Shown here one piece after another: positions 9,629-18,015 of a stretch of 64,000 bases of DNA. The translations under genes and the position numbers were made by a program. The stretch spans positions 657 to 64,656 of the forward strand of contig JAAFKJ010000047.1 in NCBI GenBank assembly GCA_021399395.1, given 5' to 3'. This stretch comes from Candidatus Heimdallarchaeota archaeon. Lineage in GTDB: Archaea > Asgardarchaeota > Heimdallarchaeia > Heimdallarchaeales > Heimdallarchaeaceae. How positions within the stretch are numbered: position 1 is the first letter of the stretch; every line of letters starts with the position of its first letter. The notes under the pieces were generated by a model. That model was not told the DNA's origin and did no database searches. It saw nothing but the letters and a program-made list of their open reading frames with translations.

Positions 9629-10735
9629 TTATTCAAGATAATAGTTTTTTTCTTCATAGATGAATCCTTTGATGTTTTCACCAATTTCCTTGTTGAGTGG
9701 TAAGCGTTTCAATACATCATCATAATTTTCATAATTGTCTAGTGCCATAATTGTAGCATTGACACCATCAGAGGAAACAAACATATATTCTCGACTTACA
9801 ACTGAATCGCTTTTCTTTAATCCACGGTCTTTAATTCTTTTTCTATCAAAATTCTTCATCTCACGGTTTTCAAGTGATTCCAGCCTGATTTTCGCTTCAG
9901 TTATGTTTTTTACAACCCAGAAAATACCTTCAAATTCGAGTATGTCTCCAGAAGTATATTGTGGGAGTCTTACTAGGTAGGTGTTTTGGTAAAGATCGGT
10001 ACCATCCCTTGATTTAGTTTTCAACTCATAAGCAACAGTTAATTTTCCAGCTGTAATGCTTTTTATTTCTCTCGCCATGGTTTCAGCAAGATATTTTGTA
10101 CTAGTTTTGCATGTTATTCCATCTTTATCTGCTTCATAATCAAGAATATACATCATCTTAGATTCTTCATATTTTTTCATTATCTGATCAATATGACTCT
10201 CTAATCTTTCAAGTTCTAGCTCACCTAATTTCCTATTGTCAGCCCTGATTTGTAAAATACCCTCAAAGTAGCCTGATTTGTATTTAGAACATTCGTTACA
10301 ACTCGCTCGAATTAATTTAATCCTAGTTGTGAATTCCTTTTCAAAATCTGAAAATTCCTCAAATGGAGTTGCTGTAACATTTGTTCGAATCTCAAACGCC
10401 TTTACTCCATAATTCATTATTTTATCTTCTTCGATGTTATCTTCGAACTCACAATCATAAAATAACTCTGTTTGAATTTTCTCTATAATAGTTCTTCTAA
10501 CAACTTCCCGAACTATGGGCTCTAATCCTTCTTCTTTATTCCAAGTTGATATACTAGTACCTTGAATTTTTAGATTCCCACATAAAGGACAGATTTCTAC
10601 ATTGACCTGTTTAATAATTTCAATATCTAAGGGGTGTTCTTTTTTATAACATGTTTCACAAAGATTGTTTAGGAACGGACCAGTTTTGGTTCCACATACT
10701 GCACAAAAACGACCTCTTTGCGAAATTTTAATCAC
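9629..10735 (-). CDS. NMD3 family protein (large-subunit ribosome biogenesis/export adaptor homologue)
   Basis: 368-aa ORF with N-terminal zinc-binding CxxC pairs (CAVCG...CETCY, CPLCG, CNECS) followed by the NMD3 core. It lacks the eukaryotic C-terminal NES/NLS extension, as in archaeal NMD3. Confidence 0.8.
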   Translation of the reverse strand: MIKISQRGRFCAVCGTKTGPFLNNLCETCYKKEHPLDIEIIKQVNVEICPLCGNLKIQGTSISTWNKEEGLEPIVREVVRRTIIEKIQTELFYDCEFEDNIEEDKIMNYGVKAFEIRTNVTATPFEEFSDFEKEFTTRIKLIRASCNECSKYKSGYFEGILQIRADNRKLGELELERLESHIDQIMKKYEESKMMYILDYEADKDGITCKTSTKYLAETMAREIKSITAGKLTVAYELKTKSRDGTDLYQNTYLVRLPQYTSGDILEFEGIFWVVKNITEAKIRLESLENREMKNFDRKRIKDRGLKKSDSVVSREYMFVSSDGVNATIMALDNYENYDDVLKRLPLNKEIGENIKGFIYEEKNYYLE

Positions 10736-10779
10736 CTTTTAGTAATTCCTTCCCTACACCAAAATAAGAGTTGTTATCT

Positions 10780-11082
10780 TCAAGTTATTAAAATTGCATG
10801 ACCAACTTTCTTTTTTTTATCTTCAGGATATTCCATCCACAATACAGCTTCTTCATGTATCAATCTATTTTTTACTAGAAGTTTTATAATTCTGGTTCCT
10901 ATTACATTTGCCGAGGTACAGCATTTAACAGCATCTAAGAATTCTTTTTCTGTTACAAGTTCATTTCCATAAAATTGAGAAGTTGCTTTGATTTTTACAC
11001 CATTACTGTAAAGTTCTACATCTAGAATTTCTTTATCACAAGCTGCTACAAGTTTCTCTCTTGTTTGTTCTCTTATTTTCAT
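10780..11082 (-). CDS. DUF424 domain protein
   Basis: The segment KLVAACDKEILDVEL...FYGNELVTEKEF...NVIGTRIIKLLVKNRLIHEEAV matches the archaeal DUF424 pattern. I placed the start at the third in-frame ATG (MKIREQ). The ORF extends to 11109. Confidence 0.6.
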   Translation of the reverse strand: MKIREQTREKLVAACDKEILDVELYSNGVKIKATSQFYGNELVTEKEFLDAVKCCTSANVIGTRIIKLLVKNRLIHEEAVLWMEYPEDKKKKVGHAILIT

Positions 11083-11121
11083 AAAGAAATCCGTCATCCA
11101 AATACACACTCTTCTTTTGTT

Positions 11122-11532
11122 TTACCTTCTTAGAGGTTTTACTGCCATTGATGCTCCACAAGCATCACATCTCTTCCTCAGAATTCGAACTTCAGTAACA
11201 AGCACTGTATCTGGTTTTCCACATTCACCACAGATAACATATTCTTTGACATATCTCTCTAATAGATTTTGAAGTGTTACTTTTGCATGTTTTCCTGCAA
11301 AAACAGCTCTGGCTCCTTCCATAGTAACTGAAGTTGCTAATTCACCAGCGAAGAATTTAAGGAAATGGTTATCTTCTCTGTTGAGTATAGTTAAAACATC
11401 TCTTATATTTACAATAAATGTCTTATTTCCTTCAATTACGGAACTTATTTTAGGGATTTCTAATCGTGATTGTTCGAATACTTTTTCGGGGAGCTGTTTT
11501 CTTGCTCTATTGTATAGATCATTATAGTTCAT
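11122..11532 (-). CDS. Translation initiation factor aIF2 beta subunit
   Basis: 136-aa ORF with the eIF2-beta/eIF5 core and a C-terminal zinc ribbon CGECGKPDT...CDACG. Confidence 0.9.
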   Translation of the reverse strand: MNYNDLYNRARKQLPEKVFEQSRLEIPKISSVIEGNKTFIVNIRDVLTILNREDNHFLKFFAGELATSVTMEGARAVFAGKHAKVTLQNLLERYVKEYVICGECGKPDTVLVTEVRILRKRCDACGASMAVKPLRR

Positions 11533-11652
11533 TTCCGTACCTCATGTTCATCTGTATCCTATCCTTTTTGTTTGTTTCGTTCTAGAAGTTTTACGATTTT
11601 TCATGATTCCTTTAAACAAAAACTATTTTAACCTTAGGTAGTAGTCTAAATT

Positions 11653-11657
11653 GAGGT
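11653..11657 (+). promoter_or_regulatory. Shine-Dalgarno-like GAGGT upstream of the TTG start of aIF1A
   Basis: GAGGT lies 6 nt upstream of TTG at 11664. The same GAGGT motif precedes the ATG at 30240, 7 nt upstream. Confidence 0.45.
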
Positions 11658-11663
11658 TAGCAC

Positions 11664-12038
11664 TTGAGCAAAAGGAAAAGACCGACTAAACCAAAGAAAA
11701 AACCAAAAAAAGGTACTGGAGCCAGAAACTGGGTTACAGCTGACTCCGATGCAATTAGAGCACAACTTCCGAAAGAAGGAGAAGTGTTTGGTATTGTATT
11801 ACAAATTCTAGGAGCAAGTATTCTTCTTGTTAAGTGCTTAGATGGATTTACAAGACAAATACGAATTCCTGGGAAGTATAGAAAACGAATGTGGTGCAGA
11901 GTAGGAGATATTGTTATCATCATGCCATTTTACGGAATGAATCCAGATGAAAAAGGTGAACTTGTATATCGTTTCCGTAAGAATGAAGTAAGATGGTTAG
12001 TCAACAACAAACACATCCCTGATGACTTTGTTATGTAA
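11664..12038 (+). CDS. Translation initiation factor aIF1A (TTG start, basic N-terminal extension)
   Basis: OB-fold core GEVFGIVLQILGASILLVKCLDGFTRQIRIPGKYRKRMWCRVGDIV. There is no in-frame ATG upstream of the conserved core, so a non-AUG start is required. The N-terminus KRKRPTKPKKKPKKG is Lys/Arg/Pro-rich. Confidence 0.9.
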   Translation: MSKRKRPTKPKKKPKKGTGARNWVTADSDAIRAQLPKEGEVFGIVLQILGASILLVKCLDGFTRQIRIPGKYRKRMWCRVGDIVIIMPFYGMNPDEKGELVYRFRKNEVRWLVNNKHIPDDFVM

Positions 12039-12186
12039 TGGAACAATCCCGTTCACCTCATTTTTAAACATCAACAATAGTTTTATTTAGTTTCAATTTG
12101 TTTTATTTTCATATATCAAGTATTTAATCGCCCCCTTGAGTATTTACTCTTTGCAAACAAAAACTCACTCTCAAAAATAAAATTAA

Positions 12187-12996
12187 GTGAAAACTATGTC
12201 AGACAAAGAAATTGACAGATTTGATGTAAAAGTTGATCAAGAACGTATCCGTGAAAAGGACAGGGATACCCTTAAAGTAATTGAGAGTGTATTCGATTTT
12301 CAAACTAGTATGTTAATTGTTAAACTTATGAATAAAGGAATCATCAAGGATATAGGATTCTGCATTTCAACTGGAAAAGAAGCTAACGTTTACCATGGTG
12401 TAGGGTATAAGGGGGAAGAATTAGCAATTAAAATCTACCGTACTACAACAGCTGAATTCAAAAGAAACTGGATGTATGTTGAAGGAGACCCAAGATTCAA
12501 GGGGTATAAAAAAGGCACTTATTCTTTTATTTACACATGGGCGAGAAAAGAATACAAAAATCTAAAACGAATGAACAGTGCAAAGATAAGAGTCCCTGTT
12601 CCTATCATTGTTGAGAAGAATGTTCTGGTCATGGAATTCATCGGCAAAAAAGAGAGAGCAGCTCCTCTTATCAGGGAAGTTAATTTAAGAAAGCCTCATA
12701 AAATATATGCACAGGTTATTGATTTCTTTTTCAAACTTCATGAGGATGCTACAATGGTACACGCTGATTTAAGTGAATATAATATCTTATTTTATCAGAA
12801 AAAACCCATTTTCATTGATGTATCACAAGCAGTTCTTCTTGGACACCCTTATGCACCAGTATTTTTGTATAGAGATATTGCTAACATAAACAGATACTTT
12901 GGTAGTCTCAGAGTCGATGTTATACCAAATAAAGAACTTTATGAACAGATAACTGGAACAGTTCCAAGTCCAAAAATAATGTCAATGGAATTTTAA
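12187..12996 (+). CDS. RIO-type serine protein kinase (Rio1-like)
   Basis: Contains the ATP loop ISTGKEANVY, the catalytic loop HADLSEYNIL and the metal loop IDVSQAV. There is no N-terminal wHTH, so it is Rio1-type rather than Rio2-type. The start is either GTG 12187 or ATG 12196. Confidence 0.85.
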   Translation: MKTMSDKEIDRFDVKVDQERIREKDRDTLKVIESVFDFQTSMLIVKLMNKGIIKDIGFCISTGKEANVYHGVGYKGEELAIKIYRTTTAEFKRNWMYVEGDPRFKGYKKGTYSFIYTWARKEYKNLKRMNSAKIRVPVPIIVEKNVLVMEFIGKKERAAPLIREVNLRKPHKIYAQVIDFFFKLHEDATMVHADLSEYNILFYQKKPIFIDVSQAVLLGHPYAPVFLYRDIANINRYFGSLRVDVIPNKELYEQITGTVPSPKIMSMEF

Positions 12997-13007
12997 AAGG
13001 TGAAAAA

Positions 13008-13661
13008 ATGTCTAGTGAGTTTCTTGTGAGAGTTCCTTTGGAAAGAGTTGCAGTGCTTATTGGTCCGAAAGGAAGTACTAAGAAGAGAATTGAAGAATTA
13101 ACAGATACAAATTTGGTTATAGATAGTCAAAGTGGAGACGTAATCATATTAGTTGAGGAAGAAGAGCTAGAAGATCCAATAAGCTTATGGAAGTCCAGAG
13201 ACATGGTAAAAGCTATCGGGAGAGGATTTAGTCCACAAAAAGCTTATCAGATAAATAATCCAGGATTTGGGTTTGATTTACTCCAACTAAGAGACTTTGT
13301 TGGAACATCACATAATGCCCTTAGAGAAGTAAAATCCAGATTAATAGGAAAAAATGGTAGAACTAGACATATCATTGAACAGACAGCTTCTTGTTATATC
13401 TCTGTTTTTGGAAACACTGTTGGAATTATTGCAGAACAAAGGTCAATTCAAATAATTCGACAGGGGATTATTAGTTTAATAAACGGTTCAAAACAATCAA
13501 CCATATACAAATATCTAGAAGAAAAAATGAGAGAGTTAAAGGGAGATAAAGATAAGTTGTGGGTTACAGGGGAGAAGGAAGAGGATTTGGTTGATATCAC
13601 TGATCTTGACGAATTGGAAAGGCTGATTTTTGAAGAAGAAGAACAAGAAAATCAAGATTAA
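13008..13661 (+). CDS. Double KH-domain RNA-binding protein (Dim2/Pno1-like) with acidic tail
   Basis: Two GxxG loops are present (IGPKGSTKKRIE and IGKNGRTRHIIE). Its position downstream of aIF1A-Rio1 is the conserved archaeal arrangement. The C-terminus is FEEEEQENQD. Confidence 0.8.
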   Translation: MSSEFLVRVPLERVAVLIGPKGSTKKRIEELTDTNLVIDSQSGDVIILVEEEELEDPISLWKSRDMVKAIGRGFSPQKAYQINNPGFGFDLLQLRDFVGTSHNALREVKSRLIGKNGRTRHIIEQTASCYISVFGNTVGIIAEQRSIQIIRQGIISLINGSKQSTIYKYLEEKMRELKGDKDKLWVTGEKEEDLVDITDLDELERLIFEEEEQENQD

Positions 13662-13679
13662 GAAAATGGATCTGCTGAG

Positions 13680-14318
13680 ATGAATAAGTATATCTTTGAC
13701 CTTCACAGCCACAGTCATTACTCTAGCGACTGTAAGAGTCACCCAAAGGATATAATAAAACAAGCTATCCAACAAAAACTATCTGGAATAGCAATTACAG
13801 ATCACAATACAACAAAATTTCATCACCAAAATTACAAAGACAACAGATTACTTATTTTAACTGGAGTGGAAGTTTCTACAAAAAGTGGCCATATTATAGG
13901 TTTAGGTATTAAAGAGGCCGTAAAAAAGAGATTATCTATTGAAGAAACTATAGAGAAGATAATTGATATGAATGGTTTGCCAATTGCTCCACATCCATTT
14001 GATTTTACTAGAAAGGGGATAGGAAAGAAAATCTATAGTTTAGAAGAAATTACAGTTGAGACATTGAATGGTTCTTCTCCTTTTGATTATTTTAATGAGA
14101 AAGCAGAGAAATGGGCAACTCAAAATAATCTTCCAGTAACTGGGGGTTCAGATGCACATCGAATTAAAGATATAGGAATGGCTTACACAATCTTTGAAAA
14201 TGAAGTCAACAACATTGATGATGCTATTGAACAAATACGGAAAAGAAAAACAACTGTTGGTGGAACTCACTTAACTTTAGGTGAAAAATTTATCAGAGCT
14301 TTTCAGATTCACTTTTAG
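13680..14318 (+). CDS. PHP-domain metal-dependent phosphoesterase
   Basis: Has the N-terminal DLHSHSHYS and ITDHN motifs, followed by APHPFD and GGSDAHR. Confidence 0.8.
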   Translation: MNKYIFDLHSHSHYSSDCKSHPKDIIKQAIQQKLSGIAITDHNTTKFHHQNYKDNRLLILTGVEVSTKSGHIIGLGIKEAVKKRLSIEETIEKIIDMNGLPIAPHPFDFTRKGIGKKIYSLEEITVETLNGSSPFDYFNEKAEKWATQNNLPVTGGSDAHRIKDIGMAYTIFENEVNNIDDAIEQIRKRKTTVGGTHLTLGEKFIRAFQIHF

Positions 14319-14348
14319 TATATCCTAAAAGAAGAGCTAGAAGTGGAA

Positions 14349-14504
14349 TTAAAAGGCATTAGTCTTATTCCACATTTCTTCCTTTAATAAATCACGAATT
14401 GCGACTCTTATACATTCACTTCTGTTAGGGTATCTCTTTTGCCTGACTAGCTCATCAAGATCATGAAGGAACTCATCGGGCAGATGTACTGTGACCAATT
14501 TCAT
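14349..14504 (-). CDS. Ribbon-helix-helix (CopG/NikR-type) protein, 51 aa (below the ORF-track threshold)
   Basis: Hand translation gives MKLVTVHLPDEFLHDLDELVRQKRYPNRSECIRVAIRDLLKEEMWNKTNAF. The beta-strand and two-helix pattern and the RSE-IR-A-RD motif are shared with 28309-28518. Confidence 0.6.
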   Translation of the reverse strand: MKLVTVHLPDEFLHDLDELVRQKRYPNRSECIRVAIRDLLKEEMWNKTNAF

Positions 14505-14704
14505 ACTTTTTGCACCTCTGAATTTTCGACTGCAATGTCTATTTAAAGGAGATGTAATATTAGGGAAATATACTTCTCTATTTTCGCATGTTTTTCTGAT
14601 ATAGCGTTTATGAAATAATAATTGAAGAAAAATGGCTCAGAAAGCCGTATTATATCATCTATGAGTGTTTTACAGATATTACAATATTGTTTGTAAGTTC
14701 ATAA

Positions 14705-16756
14705 CTATGCTATACCTGTTCCTGGTGGAACTTTTTTGTCAACATCAAGTAAAATTGGTTCACCATTAATATCTGCAGCCAATAACATTCCGTCAGATTT
14801 TTCACCCATCATAGTTGCGGGTACTAGATTGACTACAACAATTATTTGTCTTCCAACTAGATTTTCTGGTTTGTAATATTGCTTGATACCAGCAAGAATT
14901 TGACGCTTCTCATCCCCAAGATCAATCTGGAGTTTTATTAGGTTTTTACTTTTTTCAATGGTTTCTGCTTCTAATACGGTTGCAACTTTGAGAGTTACTT
15001 TTTTGAATTCATCAAAACTTATTCTTTCCATTTTTGTTTCACTTTTTGGTTTCTTCTTCTTTGCTTTAGATCTTATATCGCCCAGCTTTTGTTCAACTTC
15101 GCTTGCTTTAATTTTGTAAAAGACTGGCTTAATTTTCTCTATCTTCTGACCCACGTTTAGCTCTTCTAAATCAATCTGATCAATCCCCTTATCTGGAGGA
15201 CTTCCCTCAAATCCTAAAGCCAACCAGATCTTTTCTGCAGTTTTTGGCATTATAGGCCAAAGTAATATTGATATTATCTCCGATAATTTTGCAGAGAGAT
15301 TGAGTACAGTTGCAGTTTTTTCTTTATCCTTTTTGACTAGATGCCAAGGTTCTTTTGTCGAGAAATATTGATTCCCTAATCGAGCAACATTTATTGCAAT
15401 ATTTGTTGCATCTTTAATCTTGAAATTATCCATAGCCATAATATATTCATCAATTCCTTTCTTGATGTTTTCAATCAATGTTTTTTCTTCTTTGAACAAT
15501 TCACCTCTCTCAGGTATTTTACCATCGAAATGTTGATTTACAAAAGTGATTGTTCGATGGATGAAATTTCCAGTAACATCATTTAAATCAACATTAACGT
15601 TTGTAGCGAATACATCCCAATCGAAGAAGAAATCTTTGAGTTCTGCTCTATTAACACTAAGATAATATCGCCAGTAATCAGCAGGAAGGGTCTCTATAGC
15701 TTCATCACACCATATCCCTATACCTTGAGATTTTGAAAATGGTCCTTCCTTGAAATTTATGAAATTTGTAGTTGCTACGGCATAAGGTAGGGGATAGGGG
15801 TCTTTTGTTGCCAGAAGCATAGCTGGGAAGAGTAGTGCGTGAAAGATGATATTATCCTTACCTATGCAAAATACAGTTTTTGTGTTTTTATCAAACCAAT
15901 AATCTTCAAATTTCTCTGGTTTACCTTGTTCCTCAGCTAATAGTTTAACAGTACTAACATAGCCAAGAACATTTTCAAACCAAACATAGAGAACCTTATT
16001 TGCAAATTCATCTCCAAAAATTGGACTAATTGGAATGCCCCAAGTTAAATCCCTAGATATGGGCCTCTCCTTTAATCCTTCATCAATCATGCTCAGAAGC
16101 TTTTGTTTTGCAAAGCTAGGAATATGAGGGTTTTTTGAAAGAAATTCTTGTAACTCATCAGTAAAGGCAGGAAGATCAAAATACCAATGGCTTGTTTTCC
16201 TAAGCGCTGGGGTCTTTTTACAAGTTACACAATAAGGGTCTTCTAATTCTGTAGGTTTCAGAATCATTTCACATTCAGGATTAGTACATTGATCGCCTCT
16301 TGCTCCCTCATGACCACACTTTGGACATTTTCCTTCAACAAACCTATCTGGAAGGAATCTTTTATCATATTCACAATAAAATTGTTCTGTTTCTCTTAAA
16401 TTGAAATAACCATTTTCATGAATTTTTTTATGGAAATCTTGGACAAATGAGATATGAGTAGGATTACTTGTAACAGTGTATTTGTCAAATTCAATGTTCC
16501 ATTCATCTAATAGATGTACAACTTGATTATGATATTTGAGTGCTAACCCCTCGGGAGTTAGACCTTCAGATTCTGCTGCAACCATAATTGGGGTTCCATG
16601 AACATCAGAACCACTAACATAGATAACGTCATGTTTTTTTAATTTATGATAACGAGTAATTACATCACCCCATAATAATTGTGAAAAGGTTCCTAGATGT
16701 GGAACATTATTTACATATGGCCAAGCTGCTGTGATAACCCACTTTTCTTTAGACAT
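14705..16756 (-). CDS. metG: Methionyl-tRNA synthetase with C-terminal tRNA-binding (Trbp111/EMAP-like) domain
   Basis: 683-aa ORF with the HIGH-type motif PHLGT, the KMSKS-type motif PFSKSQG and the zinc knuckles CPKCGHEG...CTNPEC. The C-terminus is an OB-fold segment (KLQIDLGDE...VVNL). Confidence 0.95.
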   Translation of the reverse strand: MSKEKWVITAAWPYVNNVPHLGTFSQLLWGDVITRYHKLKKHDVIYVSGSDVHGTPIMVAAESEGLTPEGLALKYHNQVVHLLDEWNIEFDKYTVTSNPTHISFVQDFHKKIHENGYFNLRETEQFYCEYDKRFLPDRFVEGKCPKCGHEGARGDQCTNPECEMILKPTELEDPYCVTCKKTPALRKTSHWYFDLPAFTDELQEFLSKNPHIPSFAKQKLLSMIDEGLKERPISRDLTWGIPISPIFGDEFANKVLYVWFENVLGYVSTVKLLAEEQGKPEKFEDYWFDKNTKTVFCIGKDNIIFHALLFPAMLLATKDPYPLPYAVATTNFINFKEGPFSKSQGIGIWCDEAIETLPADYWRYYLSVNRAELKDFFFDWDVFATNVNVDLNDVTGNFIHRTITFVNQHFDGKIPERGELFKEEKTLIENIKKGIDEYIMAMDNFKIKDATNIAINVARLGNQYFSTKEPWHLVKKDKEKTATVLNLSAKLSEIISILLWPIMPKTAEKIWLALGFEGSPPDKGIDQIDLEELNVGQKIEKIKPVFYKIKASEVEQKLGDIRSKAKKKKPKSETKMERISFDEFKKVTLKVATVLEAETIEKSKNLIKLQIDLGDEKRQILAGIKQYYKPENLVGRQIIVVVNLVPATMMGEKSDGMLLAADINGEPILLDVDKKVPPGTGIA

Positions 16757-16860
16757 TCTTAATCACCTGCTTACAATCTGTTGAAGATGTTCGATTCTCT
16801 TCTCTAGATTTCAGAAAAACTATAAGTTTTTGTGTCTTTTGGAAAGAATGCATTCTTGTT

Positions 16861-18015
16861 TCATTCATTTTTACGTGAAGCAAGATTGAAATAAAGTTGC
16901 TCAATTTTATCAGTTATTTTTTCAAAGGAAAATTCAGAGCGTATTCTTGGTCTAGCATTTAGTGCTTTTTTGACAAGGCTTTCATAATCGTCTATCGATT
17001 TAAGTATCAATGTCTCAAGAGTTTTTTCATCACCTGCTTTGAATAACAAACCGCTTTTTCCATTTTCTAATAAACGTGGAATATCCCCTATTTCTGCTCC
17101 AATAACTGGTATCCCCATAGCCATAGCTTCAATTATAGTAGTGGGGGAACCCTCCCAAAAACTAGGTTGTATTAGAATATTAGATTGAGCCAAAATTTCA
17201 GGAACTTGAGAGTGTTCAATAGCTCCAAAGATTTTTACTCTTTTCTCATTTTCAAATCTTGTTTTAAGAGAATCATAGAGAGAACCATATCCTACAAACC
17301 AGAAGACTGCCTTGTTTGTACGTTTTAATACCCTTTGCACAACCCGAGCATAATATGGAATTCCTTTCCAAGGTTCTAAATCACCTACAAAAGTTATTAT
17401 GCACTCCTTCGAATAAACAGGTTCAATTTCTGTAAATAGAAGAGGATCTATTGCATTATTAATTATAGTAATCCTTTCGGGATTTGAGTGAACAGTTTCC
17501 CTAAGTAAAGAAGCATCATAATCACTTACTGATGCTATTGAATCTGCCTGTGAGATTACAAATCGTCCAAGAGTATAATCAAAGAATAATTTAGCAAACT
17601 CCTTCAAGAAGCCTGTTTTGTAAGGTGGTCTTCCAACTCCCCCATGAACATGCAGAAGCATTGGTATTCTTCTAATAAGTTTAGTTAAGGCAGCTTGAAT
17701 TGTTGTAAAATAAATATAGGAATGTACATGAAAAACATCCACATCACCTAATTGAAGCATTTTATGCAGCATAAAACATGCAGGATTTATCCCAAAAACG
17801 TTCCATGGGCTATAAAATCTATGGACTGTCATATTCTCATGGTATGTTTGGTAAGGGATTTTGGTACTTCGTTTGGTTGTAAATATATCTAGATGGTGTC
17901 CTCTTTTAACTAATTCTTCTGATAGATGACTAACATACCTCTCAGTTCCACCATAGCTTTTTGATCCAAAAAAAGGTGTAACTTGAACGATATTTAGAGA
18001 TTCCATTATATCCAC
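16861..18015 (-). CDS. Glycosyltransferase family 4 (GT-B)
   Basis: 384-aa ORF with the EX7E motif EGSPTTIIEAMAMGIPVI and an N-terminal GGTERYV donor-site-like motif. Confidence 0.85.
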   Translation of the reverse strand: MDIMESLNIVQVTPFFGSKSYGGTERYVSHLSEELVKRGHHLDIFTTKRSTKIPYQTYHENMTVHRFYSPWNVFGINPACFMLHKMLQLGDVDVFHVHSYIYFTTIQAALTKLIRRIPMLLHVHGGVGRPPYKTGFLKEFAKLFFDYTLGRFVISQADSIASVSDYDASLLRETVHSNPERITIINNAIDPLLFTEIEPVYSKECIITFVGDLEPWKGIPYYARVVQRVLKRTNKAVFWFVGYGSLYDSLKTRFENEKRVKIFGAIEHSQVPEILAQSNILIQPSFWEGSPTTIIEAMAMGIPVIGAEIGDIPRLLENGKSGLLFKAGDEKTLETLILKSIDDYESLVKKALNARPRIRSEFSFEKITDKIEQLYFNLASRKNE

